Positions 1-8,423 of a DNA stretch of 42,930 nucleotides are shown in pieces. The first letter of the stretch is position 1. Every line of letters starts with the position of its first letter. Source of the DNA: a virus. Its lineage: Duplodnaviria > Caudoviricetes. The stretch lies in the IMG/VR virus record IMGVR_UViG_3300007346_000055, positions 1-42,930 of that record; one strand, given 5' to 3'. Position numbers and translations under genes: made by a program. The notes below the pieces were generated by a model. That model was not told where the DNA came from and made no database searches. It saw only the letters and a program-made list of their open reading frames with translations.

Positions 1-1
1 C

Positions 2-1258
2 TTCTAAACCAAACATAGCATTTGTTTGTGATATATAATTAGCGTAAGGATCTTGAATCATTGCTGCTCGTCTTTCAATTTCATCCTTAGACATATATTC
101 ATCCCCTTTTTTCTGAGGTGAGAGCTTAGCAATAGCAGTATCAATTTTATTTAATTCACGTCCGTATCTGTCAGCAATTGGACCACCTTCGGGTTCAGCT
201 TCTTGTTCCATATCACGCATAATTTGAGCGCGTTTTTTCTTTAAAGCATCTAACTTTTTTAGTCTATCCATATTCTTCTTAAAGAAACGGTCGTTAGGAT
301 CACCACTAATATTATCTGTTTTCCTTTTTGATAATTCTTTAGATTTAGACAAAGCAGATCTCATTTTCATAAGAACAGGATCATTTACATCAATAGCTTC
401 TTCTACTTTAGTGATTTTAACGAAACCAACTAAGCCGGTTTTCTGTTTACCTTCTTTACCATTTTCAACTCGAACAAAAGCGGGATAACCACCGACAGTA
501 CCTTCTACTCTTTTGTAAGTACCTCCACCATCAACTTTAACCATATCACCTACTTTGATATTATCTTTAGCTTCATCTGTTCTAGTTAAATTTTTAAGTG
601 CTTGAGAACGTTTATGAAGTTCAACAGCCGCTTTTTTATCAGTTGGATTGTTTTTACAATAGGCAGCTAATTCATTGTTTGAATAGTCTGAAAATGATTT
701 TTCCTCATTTAATGAGGCAATACTATCTAGTGGGGGCATGTTAGCTGCTTTTCTCATAGTGTCTATATCGTATTTAGCTTTTGCTTTTTTAAGTATATCT
801 CTATCTATTTCTTTATCAACAATAGGATCTATTAATCTAATATTATAATCATCTAAGTATGAATCAAGTTCTTCACTTGACATAAAATCAGATAATTGGT
901 CGTCTGGGAGATATTCACCTAATTCGCCTAACATTTCAGACCAGTCTGATTCAGGGTCTGTAAAATCCATTTCGATAGTTTTACCAGCGTATTGTCTAAA
1001 GATTTGGTCTAGTGGATCACTAAACATATCTTCTTTTAAAGATTCTTTTGTTAAATCAGATAAAGACATTCCTGTTGTCTTTCCTGTTTTTAAATCTTTT
1101 AATTTAGCACGATCTTTTTCAATAGAAATTATTTCAAATTCTTTAGTATAATCATCTTCTGTTGAAGCGTATTTTTTAGATACTTTGTCTCCTACTTTTA
1201 ATGTATTTTCTTTTAAAGGTTTAGAAAAGAATTCTTGTATTTTATGAAGGTCTTTCAT
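2..1258 (-). CDS. Modular putative head-internal (cargo) protein, 3' end truncated by the window edge
   Basis: Not in the ORF track. Manual translation from ATG 1258 is open to the window edge (419 codons): [26 protein letters not shown]...SLKEDMF...SLNEEKS...[16 protein letters not shown]...[11 protein letters not shown]. It has two KOW/SH3-like KVGDxV motifs and repeated L/V-x-E sites. Confidence 0.8.
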   Translation of the reverse strand, partial: MKDLHKIQEFFSKPLKENTLKVGDKVSKKYASTEDDYTKEFEIISIEKDRAKLKDLKTGKTTGMSLSDLTKESLKEDMFSDPLDQIFRQYAGKTIEMDFTDPESDWSEMLGELGEYLPDDQLSDFMSSEELDSYLDDYNIRLIDPIVDKEIDRDILKKAKAKYDIDTMRKAANMPPLDSIASLNEEKSFSDYSNNELAAYCKNNPTDKKAAVELHKRSQALKNLTRTDEAKDNIKVGDMVKVDGGGTYKRVEGTVGGYPAFVRVENGKEGKQKTGLVGFVKITKVEEAIDVNDPVLMKMRSALSKSKELSKRKTDNISGDPNDRFFKKNMDRLKKLDALKKKRAQIMRDMEQEAEPEGGPIADRYGRELNKIDTAIAKLSPQKKGDEYMSKDEIERRAAMIQDPYANYISQTNAMFGLE

Positions 1259-1418
1259 TTATTTTTTTATTTGTTGTTTTTTTAGAAATAGGTTTTTCTA
1301 TAGGTTTTTCTACAACTTTTTCCTCTATAACTTTTTCTTCTGGTTGAGGAGGAACAGGAGAAGACTGATTAACAGTCGTGTCTCTAGTCATCTTAGCCAT
1401 TGTTATGAACTTTCTCAT
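1242..1418 (-). CDS. Small low-complexity Lys/Glu/Pro-rich protein (58 aa)
   Basis: Manual translation: [58 protein letters not shown]. It fills the gap between flanking genes, starting 2 nt after the upstream stop. Confidence 0.6.
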   Translation of the reverse strand: MRKFITMAKMTRDTTVNQSSPVPPQPEEKVIEEKVVEKPIEKPISKKTTNKKINERPS

Positions 1419-1419
1419 A

Positions 1420-2034
1420 TTATTTCTTTTTATTTAAATAATCATCTAAAAGCGTACCAATTACGCCTGCTTTCTGTCGTATAAATATCCAATCTTCTTT
1501 TGTAAATTTATACTCATTATTATATGATATAGCTAAAACACCAATAAAACGGTCATGTAAATCGGAAAGTGCTATCATATAAATTGATTTTGTACCAAAA
1601 GGTCTTGAAAAAGACTCTAAATCATAGTTTTTACCTTCTTCAAATGTTGGAATTGTGATTTCTCCTTCTTTATATAATTCAGCCATTGCTTTAGGAAATA
1701 AAGAAACAGGAATGTTTTGGAACGTATGTTGAATTGATTTTACATCAAAGCCTAATTTTTCATAAAACACAGAAAATTTCTGGATTGATTTACCTGTTGG
1801 GTAAAAATGTCCTCCATTATGGAATTGAGCTATCCATACTCTATCAGCTTCCATTTCTTCTAATAATGTCTCTAATTGCTCATCAATTAAGGAATTCATT
1901 TCAATGGCTTCATCTACTGGGTTAACTGGAATAGATGAATCGAATTTCTTTTTAGCCCAAGCGACAGCAATTGGTCCAAACACAGCAGTGATTAGGGCAA
2001 CAAGTACAGTCGTCAACATAGTTAGTGGTTCCAT
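1420..2034 (-). CDS. Membrane-anchored GAF-fold protein, possibly T4 T-like holin
   Basis: N-terminal TM helix (LTTVLVALITAVFGPIAVAWA), then GAF-like elements (ADRVWIAQFHNGG, GTKSIYMIAL, FIGVLAISY). Confidence 0.6.
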   Translation of the reverse strand: MEPLTMLTTVLVALITAVFGPIAVAWAKKKFDSSIPVNPVDEAIEMNSLIDEQLETLLEEMEADRVWIAQFHNGGHFYPTGKSIQKFSVFYEKLGFDVKSIQHTFQNIPVSLFPKAMAELYKEGEITIPTFEEGKNYDLESFSRPFGTKSIYMIALSDLHDRFIGVLAISYNNEYKFTKEDWIFIRQKAGVIGTLLDDYLNKKK

Positions 2035-2603
2035 TATTTTTTAAGTGAATTTAAGTATTTTAGTGCTTCTTCTTTTTGTTTAAGTAATTGTTCTTTACCA
2101 GAACCATCCCATTTTTCTACATCACCTGCTTCAGTGACAAAAGAATTTTTAGAGTTTATCATTTCATCAAACCAAACTTCAAAATCTTTAGTTAAACCTT
2201 CTACTTGGTCATTAACAACCTGTTTTTCTACTTCTTCTAATTTACCTTGTTTTCTTAATTCAGCCTCATGGTTTACCTGACAGTTAAAGCAATGGCCATA
2301 CATTACATACCATCTTTTATCTAGATGAGGTTTCATAGTATGAGAACAAGAAGGGCAAAAAACAGGTAATACAATACCTTCTTTTGCCTTATCTAATTTA
2401 GTAATATTTTGTTTAATTCCGTTTTTGATAGTCCATGTTCGACCATCTTCTTCCCAAACATCTCCTTCGGAATGGAATTCTTTTGCTTTACTATAACCAA
2501 TTCCAACAGTAGACTTTTCTCCATACTTGCCTTGAACCAAGTTACGGAGACGTTGAACGTCTTTTTGTTTAAATTCTTTTTTTAAAACTGAATCGTTTTT
2601 CAT
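2034..2603 (-). CDS. Hypothetical protein with a Zn-finger-like Cys motif
   Basis: CPSC...HCFNC motif; TAATG coupling to the downstream gene. Confidence 0.7.
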   Translation of the reverse strand: MKNDSVLKKEFKQKDVQRLRNLVQGKYGEKSTVGIGYSKAKEFHSEGDVWEEDGRTWTIKNGIKQNITKLDKAKEGIVLPVFCPSCSHTMKPHLDKRWYVMYGHCFNCQVNHEAELRKQGKLEEVEKQVVNDQVEGLTKDFEVWFDEMINSKNSFVTEAGDVEKWDGSGKEQLLKQKEEALKYLNSLKK

Positions 2604-2921
2604 TTATTTTATAATGTCTCTTAAAACACTAGTTAATTTTAATTCTTTAACTGCTTTTAAGGATGGTTTATCTTTAGTAACTACTGTTACTTTATTTTTA
2701 GTAGCTACATCTTTAATTTTAGAAGCTAAAGCAGCAGCTGAAGAGTCTTTAGTAGTGATATCAATAACTACTTTTCCTTCAACTCCGTCTTTAATATCTA
2801 ATTTAGCATCAGAATAATCTTTTTTCCATTCTTTAGAAAATTTATCTTTTGCTTCTTTAGCTGATTCTTTAGCTTTATCTCCAGATAATACTAGTCTTTT
2901 ATATGTTACTGGTAAACTCAT
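2604..2921 (-). CDS. Hypothetical Lys-rich protein
   Basis: ORF in operon context with ATGA overlap. The C-terminus VKE-LKLTSVLRDIIK resembles the N-terminal leaders of its neighbours. Confidence 0.7.
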   Translation of the reverse strand: MSLPVTYKRLVLSGDKAKESAKEAKDKFSKEWKKDYSDAKLDIKDGVEGKVVIDITTKDSSAAALASKIKDVATKNKVTVVTKDKPSLKAVKELKLTSVLRDIIK

Positions 2922-3463
2922 AGTCCTATATTTTGTAATTGTTTAATTGTGTCTGCAGCACTAGTATGTAAAATACCAATACCACCTTGACTTCTCCATT
3001 GTTCTATATTATCTGGGCGATCATCGATAAGTATTTTATCTCTACCAGAGTAATTTTGTTTTTTAGAAGCTCTCGCTAAAATAAGTTTAGTTCCTGGGAT
3101 GTTATTTTTAACCCATAAACGTTTTCCTAAACGTGATTCATTTTCTCTTGAAGGAGCTGATAATAATGTTGGGTTATATTTTGAAATATAATCCCATAAT
3201 TCTTTACCATCCTTCATCCATGGAATACCTACCCAAAACTTAACACCGTTTTCTTTATCAATAAAGTTCCAAAACTTTTCTGAACCGTATTTGGCATCAT
3301 ATTGAGTTGGTGATAATTTTTCAGGGTTTAGAGAAGTAAAACGCTTATCAAAGTCACAAAGTACGCCATCCATGTCACAATAGATTTTGTATCTTTGTTC
3401 TTCAGCTTGGTTTTCTTCCTCTTTAAGCTGCTTATATACATCAGTTAATTTTAATTTATACAT
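2918..3463 (-). CDS. HAD-family 5'(3')-deoxyribonucleotidase (NT5C-like)
   Basis: Motif I IYCDMDGVLCDF, motif II LLSAP, conserved K, motif IV ILIDDR. Confidence 0.85.
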   Translation of the reverse strand: MYKLKLTDVYKQLKEEENQAEEQRYKIYCDMDGVLCDFDKRFTSLNPEKLSPTQYDAKYGSEKFWNFIDKENGVKFWVGIPWMKDGKELWDYISKYNPTLLSAPSRENESRLGKRLWVKNNIPGTKLILARASKKQNYSGRDKILIDDRPDNIEQWRSQGGIGILHTSAADTIKQLQNIGL

Positions 3464-6400
3464 TTTTTATACTATCCTCCCAATTACGTAACATAATATT
3501 ACCTTTTTCATATGCTTCTCTTTCTAATTCATCCAAATGACCATCTTCATTTGTATTAGTTGTATTTATATTTCCTAATGTACCTTCAAGGTTTTGATGG
3601 TGATGAACCATTTCGTGGGCGAAAGAACGTAATACGTCTTTTGGGTGCCTTCCAAAGGTGTAAAGAGTTATTGACTTTTCTACTGGGTTGTAATAAGCTG
3701 TTCTGCCCAAAAGACGAGACGCGTTTTCTTTATCGTCTGAAATAACCTTAATTTTAGGCAATGGGGTCACATTCATTCCATTGTCTTTCATAAATACAGC
3801 TAAAGATAAGAATGTTTCTTTGGGATTCCAAGCCTCTTCAAAAACTTCATTTACAAAATCTTTTGCTAATTCATTTAAACCAAAAGGATCTGATTTTATT
3901 TCTGAGATAATTTCAGTTTCATATTCTCCTAAAGGGTTTTTTGCTATAACTTCATATTCTGTTTTTACCAATTGGTCAAAATATTTCCCATTCCATATTT
4001 TTGTTTTTTTATAAAAAGTAGGAATAGATATAACAACATCTTGAACAGGAACTTCAACTAAATATGATACTAAATTATCATTATAATCTTTTTTATACCA
4101 ATTAAGAATTTTTTTCACACCTTTATAATCATAAGCATATGAGGAATAAGGAGTTTTATCTAAATTAATTTTAGTTAATCCAGGTTCTGCTCTAATTATT
4201 CTAAACATAGTATTAGAAGGAACTTGTTTATATTCCTTAGGAATATTTAATTGTAATAATTTTTGTAAAGCAGATGATCTTTTTTCTTTATCATCTAAAG
4301 AAGATATAATCCAGTCTTGTAAAACAGAATTTATTTGTTTATCTAATTCTTGATCGTTTTCCTTTATAAGTTTTACTTTATTTAAAATATCTTGGGGTAA
4401 AGCTTTTAATACCATTGAATAAACTTTTCCACGTTTTTCACTTGTTGGGTTAATAATTAACTTATTTACTTCAAAGCGATTTGTAAAATCTTTAATAATA
4501 TCAACAATAGTTTTAAGGATACTTAAAGCATTGCCTTCACCTGTCATTTGGAAGGTATCAAGTTTAGAACTATATTGGTCTATTCCAAAAGAAACATCAA
4601 ATGTTTTAGCTTCTGGGTTGTATTCGCCTGAATGAAATTCAACTCTGTAATCATTGTCAGGAGTAGAAAATTTATAGTCAACTGAAATTAAAGAATTATC
4701 TTCTTCATCATAGTTTTTGTCTGAAACTTTAAATTGGTAAATTTCTTTTATAGGAGCGAAACCTGAACCATAAGGTAAAGCTGTTCCTGCTTGTGGGTCA
4801 GCTGCTTCTTTCATTTTACGTAAGCGTTCTGTTTTCTTTTTAGATGCTTCTTTACGTTTTTCAGCATAATCTAAAGCTGTTTTTAAACGTTTTTTAACCT
4901 CAGGATCTTTTGCTCTACCATAAGCTGCTCTTACTCGTTGATGTATTACATTAATAATCTGAGATTGACGAGCATGAGACTTTGATTTAAATGAAGCTTT
5001 ATTTAAAGTATCTATTATATCTTGTTTAGTTTTAAAAGATATACCTACAGTGTCTTTTGGGTCTTCATCTGTGTATAATCTACGACTAGAACCTTTAGGT
5101 TTTTTACCTGTGCCTTTAGCTGGTTCTTTTCCTTCATCTAATGTATCATGTCCAGGAAGTAAAGCTACTATCATTGGTCCTTTTTGAATAATTTTTGCTC
5201 CTGGAATTGCTTTACTTATAAAAGCTCTATACAAATTATCTCTTTGATTACCTGTATCTTCTTCGCCTGATTTTTTAGAAGGAGCATATACAATACCTTG
5301 AGCCTCTGTTTGATTTAGATAATATTTTATAATATCTACAATAGTAGACATTACTTTGAATAGTTCCCCTTTATTAATAGTTATTTTAGAAGACATACCT
5401 CCTCCAAAATTAGGATCTATTACACCAGCTGCAAATTCTACATCTAATACAGGAATAAATTTATAAACATTACGTTGTAATTGAACACTATATTCAACAC
5501 CTTTATCAGTTTCAAAACTTACCTCAATACCTATATCATCATATTCCTCTTCAGTCCATTTATATGGTTGAAGATTTGCTTCACCTACTTCATTTAAAGG
5601 TAAAGATAAAGCTTTAGCTCTTTTTTTCCATAAGTCTAAAATATCTTCTCTATCTTTTTTAGATACTCTAGCTTTATCAAAGTAATTATTAATTACATCT
5701 TTAAAAGGTGTTCTTGACTTTTTAGCTTTTAGGTACATACCTTGAAGCATAGCGTCTACTTCTTGTTCTAGTTTAAAGTATTCTGATTTTGGGAGGAATT
5801 TTAATTTAATAAGATTTCTTAACAATTGGTCATCAGCCATTTCTTTAGAATCAAACCTTGTTACTTCTTCTCCTTTTTTATTTTTGTAAGTAGTAGTAGA
5901 GGCAACAACATTAGGCCCTTGCTGAGTCATATGTTCTATTTCATGTCTAACAACATCAATTAAATCCATGTAAATTTCTTCCCATTTTTGAGGTAAGTCT
6001 CTAGGATCTACTTGAAATTTAACTTCTAAATAAGGTAATTTTCTTGTAGGATCAGCTCCTCCATCTACTCTATAGATACCATATTTAGTTTTTCTAACTG
6101 TTAATACAGCATATAATTCAAATTTAATAGGTTGACCTTTAGAGTTAACAGTATCATAATCTTCCTCTAACTCAAATTTACCTGTACCTCCATCATATTG
6201 AGACTTCCATTCATCCATTATGTCTCTAACAACTGTACTTGTTATAGTATCATAACGACCTTCAAATACTAATTTAGGATTAGTTGTATCAAAATCATCT
6301 TTTCGCATAATTGTTTTAGCAATTGCTTTATTAACTTTATTAAGAAAAGGAATATTTAAATCTGTTCTTTTATCTGTAGCTACAATTTCTTTAAACTTAG

Positions 6401-7148
6401 TAAAAAAGTCTATAAATTCTTCTTTCTTTTTACCTAAACGTTTAAAAAATCCTATTAATTGAGCTAAAGTAACATCTGATTCTCTGTCAGTTAGTCTGTC
6501 TAATAAATGAGAAGAAGTTAAATCAATATCAATTCCTAATTGTTTATCAGCATAAGTATCAGCTTGTTTTAACTCATCAGGTGTTACAGCTTCTTTTAAG
6601 TTTTTAACCATATCCCAAATTTGTTCTTTTTCTTCAACGTCTGGGATCATGTGAAGGAATTGTTCTTTATTATTATCGGCTATTGCTTTTCTAGTTTTAG
6701 TTCCACTAACACCACCTTTAGAGGTAATCACTTTAACCTCAAGGTTAGGGTATTTACTAATGGATTTAGTTCGGTTAGCAATATCAGCTAAATCATCTTC
6801 ATCACCTTCTCTAGCTCCTAAAACCCAATAAACTTTTTCTTCAGGATGTTCTTTAGCATATCCTAAAACAGATTTAACAGGGGCAATAGATGCCTCAACA
6901 TCTACTTTATCAGAAAGATAATTTTTATAAATGTTCCAAATAGCTAAAGATTCTTCCTGTGTAATACCATCTCTAACTCCACTACCAACAAATATTTTTA
7001 ATTCATTTATGTCAGGAAGTTCTTCTAAAGCTTGTTTAGCAACATTAAAGTGACCTTTGGTTGGTGGTTTAAACCCACCCCCATAAATAGCCACTGTTTT
7101 TGTTTCATCTAACAGTTCTCCAATAAGGAATTTAGTTAGTTGATTCAT
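3456..7148 (-). CDS. Polyvalent multi-enzyme polyprotein (nucleotidyltransferase, putative RNase, zincin, 2x GNAT-like, ADP-ribosyltransferase, zincin)
   Basis: GGGFKPPTKGH and SGTKTR (HIGH-type NTase); HLLDRLTDR...KTIMRK; HEIEH..EVDA; duplicated TIVDIIK...RxxL/VY module; MFR...YSSY...EYE; HEMVH..EREA. Confidence 0.75.
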   Translation of the reverse strand: MNQLTKFLIGELLDETKTVAIYGGGFKPPTKGHFNVAKQALEELPDINELKIFVGSGVRDGITQEESLAIWNIYKNYLSDKVDVEASIAPVKSVLGYAKEHPEEKVYWVLGAREGDEDDLADIANRTKSISKYPNLEVKVITSKGGVSGTKTRKAIADNNKEQFLHMIPDVEEKEQIWDMVKNLKEAVTPDELKQADTYADKQLGIDIDLTSSHLLDRLTDRESDVTLAQLIGFFKRLGKKKEEFIDFFTKFKEIVATDKRTDLNIPFLNKVNKAIAKTIMRKDDFDTTNPKLVFEGRYDTITSTVVRDIMDEWKSQYDGGTGKFELEEDYDTVNSKGQPIKFELYAVLTVRKTKYGIYRVDGGADPTRKLPYLEVKFQVDPRDLPQKWEEIYMDLIDVVRHEIEHMTQQGPNVVASTTTYKNKKGEEVTRFDSKEMADDQLLRNLIKLKFLPKSEYFKLEQEVDAMLQGMYLKAKKSRTPFKDVINNYFDKARVSKKDREDILDLWKKRAKALSLPLNEVGEANLQPYKWTEEEYDDIGIEVSFETDKGVEYSVQLQRNVYKFIPVLDVEFAAGVIDPNFGGGMSSKITINKGELFKVMSTIVDIIKYYLNQTEAQGIVYAPSKKSGEEDTGNQRDNLYRAFISKAIPGAKIIQKGPMIVALLPGHDTLDEGKEPAKGTGKKPKGSSRRLYTDEDPKDTVGISFKTKQDIIDTLNKASFKSKSHARQSQIINVIHQRVRAAYGRAKDPEVKKRLKTALDYAEKRKEASKKKTERLRKMKEAADPQAGTALPYGSGFAPIKEIYQFKVSDKNYDEEDNSLISVDYKFSTPDNDYRVEFHSGEYNPEAKTFDVSFGIDQYSSKLDTFQMTGEGNALSILKTIVDIIKDFTNRFEVNKLIINPTSEKRGKVYSMVLKALPQDILNKVKLIKENDQELDKQINSVLQDWIISSLDDKEKRSSALQKLLQLNIPKEYKQVPSNTMFRIIRAEPGLTKINLDKTPYSSYAYDYKGVKKILNWYKKDYNDNLVSYLVEVPVQDVVISIPTFYKKTKIWNGKYFDQLVKTEYEVIAKNPLGEYETEIISEIKSDPFGLNELAKDFVNEVFEEAWNPKETFLSLAVFMKDNGMNVTPLPKIKVISDDKENASRLLGRTAYYNPVEKSITLYTFGRHPKDVLRSFAHEMVHHHQNLEGTLGNINTTNTNEDGHLDELEREAYEKGNIMLRNWEDSIKNV

Positions 7149-7544
7149 TTATTTTAAAGCTTTAACTTTTTCAGCAGCTGATTTTCTTTTTTCCTCGATG
7201 GATTTTTTAGCTTCACGAAATTCATTCATAGCATCTTCCATTTCTTTAAGCTGGTCTTGAAATGCTTTTAAAGCTTCAGTACCTACTCTACGAGCATCAG
7301 ATTTTTGTTTGTAAACACCTAAAATATCTTCAATTTTTAATCCACCTTTAACTTGAAGAGCAAACATTGGAAGGTCACATTCCCATACAACATCTTCTAT
7401 TTCTGAATTTTGTTTTGGTTTTTCAACTACAAAGAATTTACCTACTTCATCTACTGGAATTTTTTCAGCTTCGGTAATTGGGGATGTTTCTTTAACTGCT
7501 TTTTCAGCTTCTTCTACTTCATTTAATAAGTCTAATAATTTCAT
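7149..7544 (-). CDS. Hypothetical protein with MKLLDLLNE leader and C-terminal coiled coil
   Basis: ORF abutting its neighbours; acidic/basic heptad-like C-terminus. Confidence 0.75.
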   Translation of the reverse strand: MKLLDLLNEVEEAEKAVKETSPITEAEKIPVDEVGKFFVVEKPKQNSEIEDVVWECDLPMFALQVKGGLKIEDILGVYKQKSDARRVGTEALKAFQDQLKEMEDAMNEFREAKKSIEEKRKSAAEKVKALK

Positions 7545-8344
7545 TTGTTTATAAAGTTAGTGATTTTTTGTTGTGCTTGTTCTTTTGAGACTGAATTGTC
7601 TATAATATTTTTTATTTTATCAGAGTTTAAAAACTCTTCCATTTGTTGGTTTAATTCCTTATTTAATTTTTCTGCTTTAGCCTGTTCTTTTTCTGTTTTA
7701 GGTTTAGCGTCTGTTGGTTTATATGGGTCAATATATTTTTGTAGAATTTTTTCTACATCTTTCATTGTCTCACTTTTACCTGTATTGGCTACAGAAACAA
7801 AATTATCTCCAAACAATTGTTTATATTCATCAAAGTTTTTATAAACTTGTAACCAAGTTCTGTAAACAGCAGATGGCATTAAACTTCTATCTTCACCTCC
7901 TGATTTTTCAAAGCGCTTTTCATTTCTGTCTAGAGCCGTTTCTAAATCAGTGTAAACATAAAGCATCATAACATCGTAACCATTGTCTTTTAATTGATTA
8001 TATAAGTTTATAGTTTGTTTAGATGAGGCTGAAGTGCCGTCTAGTATGAATGAATTTTTATTAGCTATAGTATTAGGAATGTCTTCGTCTTTAAGCTTTT
8101 TAGTAGCCGCAGCCATAGCTTTCATAAAAGCACTCCTATTTTCAGCATCTGTAGCTTTTTGGTTTAAAGTAAAACCATCAGCCTTTGATAAAGCTGCTAT
8201 AGTATCGTCTAAATTTAATGTTTTAAGTCCAGATAAGTCTAAGTCACCTGTTATTGACCCTTTGCCTGCCCCTGGAGAGCCTGCCAAAATTATTGCTTTT
8301 GGATTTCCTTGCATTTCTATCAATAAAGATACCAGTCCAATCAT
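7541..8344 (-). CDS. Zeta-toxin/AAA_33-like P-loop kinase
   Basis: Walker A AGSPGAGKGS, NLDD, FILDGT, and lid arginines (ALDRNEKR...DR). Confidence 0.8.
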   Translation of the reverse strand: MIGLVSLLIEMQGNPKAIILAGSPGAGKGSITGDLDLSGLKTLNLDDTIAALSKADGFTLNQKATDAENRSAFMKAMAAATKKLKDEDIPNTIANKNSFILDGTSASSKQTINLYNQLKDNGYDVMMLYVYTDLETALDRNEKRFEKSGGEDRSLMPSAVYRTWLQVYKNFDEYKQLFGDNFVSVANTGKSETMKDVEKILQKYIDPYKPTDAKPKTEKEQAKAEKLNKELNQQMEEFLNSDKIKNIIDNSVSKEQAQQKITNFINK

Positions 8345-8358
8345 AGATAGGGTTTGTC

Positions 8359-8366
8359 ATAAATAT
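8359..8366 (-). promoter_or_regulatory. Putative late promoter ATATTTAT
   Basis: The same octamer lies just upstream of seven minus-strand operon starts. Confidence 0.6.
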
Positions 8367-8369
8367 TAT

Positions 8370-8393
8370 AAAAAAGGCTTGGATAACCAAGCC
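8370..8393 (-). terminator. Rho-independent terminator
   Basis: GGCTTGG-TTAT-CCAAGCC followed by TTTTTT on the minus strand. Confidence 0.8.
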
Positions 8394-8423
8394 CTTTCTT
8401 TTAATATTTTTTAAGAATTTTTA

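Noticed and set aside
3456-7148. Intein or frameshift/assembly chimera as the cause of the long multidomain ORF
   Set aside because: No intein terminal motifs or homing-endonuclease motifs are visible, and the frame is clean; read-level confirmation would still be prudent.
7149-8344. Epsilon/Zeta toxin-antitoxin pair
   Set aside because: The small gene is downstream, has no recognisable antitoxin features and shares the operon-wide leader; only the kinase fold is supported.
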